Position numbers and translations under genes: made by a program. Below the pieces are notes generated by a model, which was not told where the DNA came from, made no database searches, and was given only the letters and a program-made list of their open reading frames with translations. Below are positions 56,531 through 64,000 of a stretch of 64,000 nt of DNA, piece by piece. This stretch comes from the human T2T-CHM13v2.0 reference genome, Homo sapiens, in NCBI RefSeq assembly GCF_009914755.1, contig NC_060945.1; one strand, written 5' to 3'. The number at the start of each line of letters is the position of its first letter. The stretch's first letter is position 1.

Positions 56531-57102
56531 ATGCTAGTCACATGCAAGGGACGTAGCTTCCAGTGACAGTTTTGCAACACTTAATAGTCTCGGACACAGT
56601 GAACATTAAAAACTCTATTTTTCCTTCACTATCACAATTCTGCAATAACTTCCAATACATAGGAAAGGTGCCAAAATAATTATTATGGAATAAAATATCT
56701 TCTGTGAACTCACAATGACTGAAATTTACCATTTTAGGTTATTCTCTTCTGCTTTCCTTGTTTTATTCACAAAAGCATTTATTTTTCCAGTTCTTGAAAA
56801 GTGCCAAGTTCTTTCCCTTCTTGGTGCCTTCACATATAATTAATTTTCTGCACCGCCGAAGTCTTATAGCCGAATCCACTTTTTAATAGAATATTTAATG
56901 CCTTATGGTCTTCAAGCTTTTGTGTGTGTCTGACTTTGCATCATCACTATAAGGTGGACAAGGGAAATATCCTGAACACTGAGTTAATTGCTGTTCCTCT
57001 AAAAACAAATAAATAAATACAAACAAAAAAAGCTGTTTTGTAGTAAATTGTGAATTTGTTTTAAATTTTCAAAATGTGTAAATTCATGATTAATGTAAAA
57101 CT

Positions 57103-57420
57103 AGCCAGGCGCGGTAGCTCACGCCCATAAATCCCAGCAGTCTGGGAGGCTGAGGCATGCGGATCACCTGAGGTCAGGAGTTAGAGACCAGCCTGACCAA
57201 CATGGAGAAACCTTGTCTCTACTAAAAAATACAAAATCAGCTGGTCGTGGTGGCGTACACCTGTAATCCCAGCTACTCGGGAGGCTGAGGCAGGAGAATC
57301 GCTTGAACCCAGGAGGCGGAGGTTGCAGTAAGCCAAGATTGTGCATTGCATTCCAGCTTTGGCAAAAAGAGTGAAACTCTGTCTCAAAACAAATTAATAA
57401 ATAAAAATAAAAAAATTAAA
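57103..57420 (+). mobile_element. AluSp-like
   Basis: gaccaacatggagaaacc; A-rich tail. Confidence 0.93.
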
Positions 57421-58984
57421 ACATCCAAACAATGCGAATATATTTAAATAAAAAGTGTAATATCAACATCAGCCCCTCCAATCCTAACCTCTCTCCAAAG
57501 GTTTACACTTTGTAGCTCAAAGCAGGAGTCACCCAGGTATCTCACTTTTTCAGTGGGATTTTACATTGTCTCTGCAATGCTAGGATTGCAGCTCCTGGTT
57601 GTCAAAGGGAGAATTCACCAGGAACATGGCAAGGGTTTCAATGAACTCCAAACTATAAATGTTTGCAAAACACTGTAGAATTCTTGTAGCTGGGAAGTAG
57701 CCAGCTTGAATAGAAATTGCCGTTCATTGAGGGATAGTTGACTCTGGTCAACAGGTGGTAGTTGGTTTGCTTTTACAAAAATGAGAGCAGAGAGAAATAT
57801 GTATGGAGCCATGTCACTATTGGTCCCTCCTAGCTCTTCACTGATCCATTATAATGGTGAATGGATATGAGCAGCAACCCTTCCTGAAAGGAACACGGCT
57901 TCCATTGACTCAATAATGATGGCTGGTGTCACACTAATGAATAGTTCACTAAAAACTACCAAAGTGAAAGCAAAGGGCAAGAATAATTTAGAATGAATAG
58001 TATAGGAGAGAGAGAGAATGAGTACCAGTTGCAAGCTGGAGACCGTCTGCAGAGATGGAGCCTATATTTCATTCTATTAATCTCCCTCTTCTAAATTTTC
58101 TTACAGGAAGAGAAGTCTCCAGCAGCCATGGAGGAGCTATTCTCTAACACTGCTTAGAAAGTGGATCTGTGTGGCCCAAGTGGTAGACTGTGCTCACCAG
58201 GAAAACAAGTACTCAGATCTACTGCTTCTGGGAAATCTGCATAATTGACCAATGGCCTCAGTGCTACCCCACTGTTATAAAATGCACAGGAGACAAGGAC
58301 TAGAAAGAGAAACCTTCAACATATATAAGACATGTTTTTCCTTCCAGACATTTGCCAGGTTATGAAGCCACATGTGGTTAAAATCTAATAAGCTAAACTC
58401 AAAATATGCAAAGGCTAGAACTTCCAGGAAGATGTAACAAAGATCTGCCAAGTCCAGTGAAGTTGATACCTCAGTGGTCGTGGGCTGGACCTGAAAGGCA
58501 GTGTGAAATATTGAGAGGCATAGTCCTCCTTAAAGCAGAACCCTGCAGCATGTATACCAAAGTCACATCTTCAAAGCTAATCGCTGTGACCTGTTATTGA
58601 AACAGACATTTTACTATGACATTGAGGTGACCTCTCATGCCTTTCACCTGTTAACACAGGAGTGGACAGATACTCACAGGAAATAAATAATGAACTCAGT
58701 AGAAAAAAAGACCTATGAACTGAAAGAGAATACAATAGAAATTATATTTAGTAAAGCACAAAGAGAAAAATGAGTAACAAGAAGAGAACTTTCTATATGA
58801 TGCATATGGAACACAGTCAAGTAAAGACTAAGCAGAGCATCATAACAGCCTATATGTGGAAACTTCTCTATTCATTTATTACATTACATTTGTTTGTATC
58901 CTTTAATTGTACCCTTACTTTTTATCCTGTCAGCTTTATTCTTTCTGGCCAGTATCATTTATGTAAAAATTGATAGGTAGGACT

Positions 58985-59291
58985 GGCTGGGCGCAGTGGC
59001 TCACGTCTGTAATGCCACCACTTTGGGAGGCCGAGGCAGGCGGATCACCTGAGGTCAGGAGTTTGAGACCAGCCTGGCCACATGGTGAAACCCTGTCTCT
59101 ACTAAAAATAAAAAAATAATAAAAATAAAAAAAATAGCTGAGCATGGTGGCGGGTGCCTGTAATCCCAGCTACTTGTGAGACTGAGACAGGAGAATCGCT
59201 TGAACCTGGGAGGCGGAGTCGCAGTGAGCCAAGATCATGCCACTGTTTTCCAGCCTGGGAGACAAGAGCAAAACTCCATCTCAAAAAAAAA
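58985..59291 (+). mobile_element. AluSx-like
   Basis: 20-bp TSD aaaaatt(g/a)ataggtaggact at 58965-58984 and 59292-59311. Confidence 0.95.
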
Positions 59292-60833
59292 AAAAATTAA
59301 TAGGTAGGACTAACCAGATGTATTTCTATCAATATTATTTTTAATATTTTTCTTTTTAATCAAAATTTAAAAGTAAAAATATGCATAGGGAAAATGAGAC
59401 TAGTATTTATTTATTAGCTATTTAATTTCTACCAACTCTATTAAATCTTTTGGAATGTCTTAAAGTATAATTTATATTTTAGTTTGGATAAAGACATAGC
59501 TATATATTAACATGAATATGAAGTTATATATTGATTTATATTATATTTCCTATAAAATCACATAATACATAGTAAGAATGTATAAGATGATACAAGTCAA
59601 ATCATGGATGCTTGGAGATCTTGTGATGAAGCCTGTTCTTCCCTTGGTAGCTGGGCATGATGTGGCCCATCTTCATGCTAGGCCAGCATTCCCTTGCTTC
59701 TGTATACCTAATTTCTCCTTCTCAGATGCACTCCCAACAATGTATGCAGAAAGCTAAAAAAATGAATGAGTGTAGTTAATAAGATGCTATTGAAACTGAG
59801 CCCCAAATCTAGCTCTGAGCACAATGATAGCTAAAACTTAAGGAGAGGCAGATCAAATAGATTTCATCACCAAAGCACAGAAGCATATTTGTTCAACAAC
59901 AGAGCTTTGCATTTACAAAAGAGAAAAGAGCATGTTTGGGGTAATTTATTTTGAAATTGCTCTGTCAAAAGCTAATTTCATTTTGTTCCATGAGGCCAAT
60001 TTGGCTCATATGTTTGTGCTTTGATAAAGGCATAGGAATAATATTAAAATTGTTGCAACTCTACGGAGATTATAAAACTTTCTCAAGGCAAATTTCTTGT
60101 CTCTGGAAAGAAAGAATGGTGAATAATGAATGACGGAAATTTGAAAATGAATTCGTTCAACAAACACTTATTGAGTGAATGCTGTGTGCCCGATGCGTTA
60201 AGTCTAAATCATCTAGTGCTGCAGTGAGTGAGCCAGGGTGAGAAAACAATGAAAAGAGCAGACAGGTTGTTATTCAAAATGTCTTTTTTTTTCTCCATGC
60301 AATGTTTCAAATTTGGAGAGTCATAGTTTGTTATTGATCCATCAAATATTATGAACTATAAGACCCCAATATACAGTGGCTTAAAAATAGAGATATATTT
60401 ACCTCTCACCTAACATACCAGGGCATTTCCAGGTTTTATAGTAGCTTAATCATGTCAGGAAACCACACTTCTTTCATCTTCTACTCCTCTATCCCTATAG
60501 GCCTTTGCCTATCATGTGAAAAAGAGTGTTAACCAGTGGGAAAAATAAAAAAGAAAAAAGGGAAGAGTAATTCATATCATTTGAATTAAATAACCTAGAA
60601 TTTGCACACATCATTTCTGCTTCTATCCTTTTAACCAAAATAGGAAGTTACGGAACACCTACTGAAGGAGCTGGGCATAGAGTTTTGCTGGGTAGCCAGG
60701 CAGGTTATTCTTCCCACAAATGAAAAACACTCATTTTTAATGCAATAACACAGGGATCTGTGTTACAGGGTAACACGCAGATCTATTCATTCACTATCGC
60801 AAGGTAAATCCCACAATTTTTTTTTTTTGATAA

Positions 60834-61189
<356 letters not shown>

Positions 61190-62403
61190 CACCAGCAGGT
61201 TTTTGACTCATGGGCTAAATCAAATCCTCTCCGATATAAAATATAATAGAGAATAGGAATATGGTCACTACCATAATACTCTCATTTGGAAAATGGAAGA
61301 ATAAGAAACAAACATCCTCTTTTCTAAAGTAAATTAATACATACATGTGAAAAGTATCTGCTCTGCTACTCAAGAGATTTTCCTTGATGAATATTTATGG
61401 CAGTTCTGGGTTTCGCTCTCTTGAACGTTTTTCTCTGCTTAGAAACTTCTTGGCCACATCTGAGATTGGACTGAGAAAGAAAAATTATGTCCTTAAAACC
61501 TGCCTAACATTTACCCAAGTCATTGTAGTTTGTTGTTCATTTATTTAGGTAATAATACACTTGCTGCAAAACACACAGCAGGTTTTAAGTTTTCTTGCTT
61601 CTAATAAGTTTTGTGTGAAAATGATTAAACAAAGATTATATCTTTACATAGTTGGTTTGTTTTGTTGTCTGTTAATCTTTGAAATCTTGTTTGTTTTCTG
61701 GTGTTTACTGGCCACAGAACCTGCCATTTCTATCAATATAATGACAACTACTTTAAAGCAGGGCCTCAAAATGAGAGTTAGAGATGAGACACCACTTTGG
61801 AGGGATAGATTAGAAAAATAAACTTCGCTGGTGCTGCCGCGCTCCCCCAGGCATTAACTTAGCGAGTGGATAGTGCTTTTGTGAGAAGTAGATGCTCCTA
61901 TCTCTAGGCACAGCCAGCTTCAGTACATGTTGAATAAAGCTGAAGCAATGTTTCAGCCCTAGCCTGCTGCCTTCACTGGCAGCCTTTTAACAGTGTAGTT
62001 CGGCTGTGCAGACTGGACTTGCATTAAAGCATTCTGGTGCAATAAACCTGAGTGGTTAACGAATGTCCTTAATTTGATACTCGCAGTTGGACTGGCTTCC
62101 AAAGTCTAGCTGCAGAGGTAGAAAAAGCTTGAGGAAGAATGTTGGCTTCTGATCATGCTGCCTCTTTAGAAGCAAGCCAACTCTACGTAATAAAAGTTCT
62201 TCTCTGGTAGATCTTTACTAAGCGGAAAATATTTCGTGCTTTTTCAATTATTTCTGCTCAACAATCAAGCTATGTTGGTCTACCTTCCAGGGATCACTGG
62301 CGACATTTTTGCTATGACTTACCAAAGGTCATCAACTTCAGCAATAGTAGCTGTGAGTCCTTGTTCAGTCTTTTCCCTGTTCTGTTAGGGTAACACATTG
62401 TTT

Positions 62404-62727
62404 TGGGGTTTTTGGTTGTTGTTTTTGTTTGTTTGTTTTTTGCTTTGAGATGGAGCCTCACTCTTTTGCCCAGGCTCGAGTGCAGTGGCGCGATCTCGGC
62501 TCACTGCAACCTCTGACTCGCAGGTTCAAGCGATTCTCCTGCCTCAGCCTCCTGAGTAGCGGGGATTACAGGCATGCACCACCACAACTGGCTATTTTTG
62601 GCATTTTTAGTAGAGATGAGGTTTGGCCATGTTGGTCAGGCTGGTCTTGAACTCCTGGCCTCAAGCAATCCACCCACCTCGGCCTCCCCAAGTGCTGGGA
62701 TTACAGGCATGAGCCATCGAGCCCGAC
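62404..62727 (-). mobile_element. AluS
   Basis: Alu dimer with (GTTT)-type tail. Confidence 0.92.
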
Positions 62728-64000
62728 TGTTTTTGGTCTTTGTCCAGCATTTTCCTACATCTTTGTACCAAAATCCTTATGGTTAGAATGCAGGCTAAGC
62801 TGCTTGTATAAAGGACCACAAAACACAGTGACTTGAACAGTATATAAATTTGTTTCTTTTTTATGTGACAGTCACGTTAGGTGGACAAAGGCAAGCAGGA
62901 AAACTTAATGTTGTTAGAGAGGAAGATTATCTGTAGAATGGGTTGACAATCCACCGGGTTAAGGCTAACTCATCACACTATGTTGCAGTCTGTAACAGGG
63001 AAACGAAATGTGAAGATACAGCTTTTTCCTCCTTCCTAAAGACCCTTCCCAGAAGTTGCACACGTCTCTTCTGCTTCAATGCAAGACTAGAAATTATAGT
63101 CTGTAGTATGTAGTAAGAATATTAAAATATTCTTAGTAATAATAAAAATGGATAGATGTTGATGTAACCAACACCTTCTTTTAATAGAGTTTTGAATGTT
63201 TATTTTAAATATTTATAAGAATACAACTGAGGAAGCTAAAGGGTAGTTCATTTTTAAGTTATTTTATAGGTTATGTTGCCAGGTATTACATTAATAAAGC
63301 ATGTAACAAAGCACTAATGACACTTTTTCTTCAAAGTTATTTTCAAATAGAATTTTGAGGAAAAAGACCATTTTTCATTAAGCATGTAAAGACAAATATG
63401 TATAAACAATGAATGATATTCAACAAAATATTATGCAAAGACTTGAATAGAAATGAATGAGATGATCTGTTGGTAGTTGAGTATCTCTAGGCAACCTTCT
63501 TTTTATACCTCTCCTGCATCATGCCACCTTTTGTATCCCTCCATCAAAAGAAGCTGATTATCTGATTAATGTCCCATAAATTCGAAGTTGTTATTATAAA
63601 TGACCTGAAATCAGGCAAAAAATATATATAGAGACAAATTATATTAAACATACTAGCAATGAATTATCTTCTGCTATAGTTGAATGTAAGTTTAAGAAAA
63701 TATTAAAACATTCATAACAGAAAATAAATCTTTAATTCCTCTTGTTTCATAAAACACATTTTAAGTGCTTAAACTTATAATTAAGCATGTACTTTAGCCG
63801 CAGAGAAATATTACAACTACTTGATTATAAAAAAACAAAATTGTAGTTGTGTTGCACTTAAATTCTGAAGCTGATTATTTTTATCGGTTACAATCAGCAA
63901 ATAAGCTCAAAATGTTTTACAGGAGACTGCAGGTTAGTTTCTTCTTTGTCTAAATAAGAAATGTCTCAATGTCGAGGTCAACTTTTAAATACTTGACTAT

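Overview
AT-rich, CpG-poor primate genomic DNA (catarrhine, most likely human or great ape), probably intergenic or deep intronic. I can support no protein-coding gene; the listed ORFs are repeat-derived (L1 ORF2 remnants, Alu read-throughs) or chance ORFs. The window is a mosaic of Alus, L1 fragments, MaLR/ERVL LTRs, MIR/L2 remnants and microsatellites. Three L1s show twin-priming 5' inversions. Best signals: (1) a complete, TSD-flanked, poly(A)-tailed retrocopy of a snaR-family Pol III RNA at 31691-31797 that lacks both snaR-A internal expansions, i.e. CAS-like; (2) a 53-nt tailless, double-hairpin retro-insert with a 12-bp TSD at 48366-48418; (3) a three-copy local templated duplication at 25661-26604, one copy interrupting an LTR and another carrying the new junction. 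Repeat subfamily names are from memory of consensus sequences and boundaries of old repeats are approximate.
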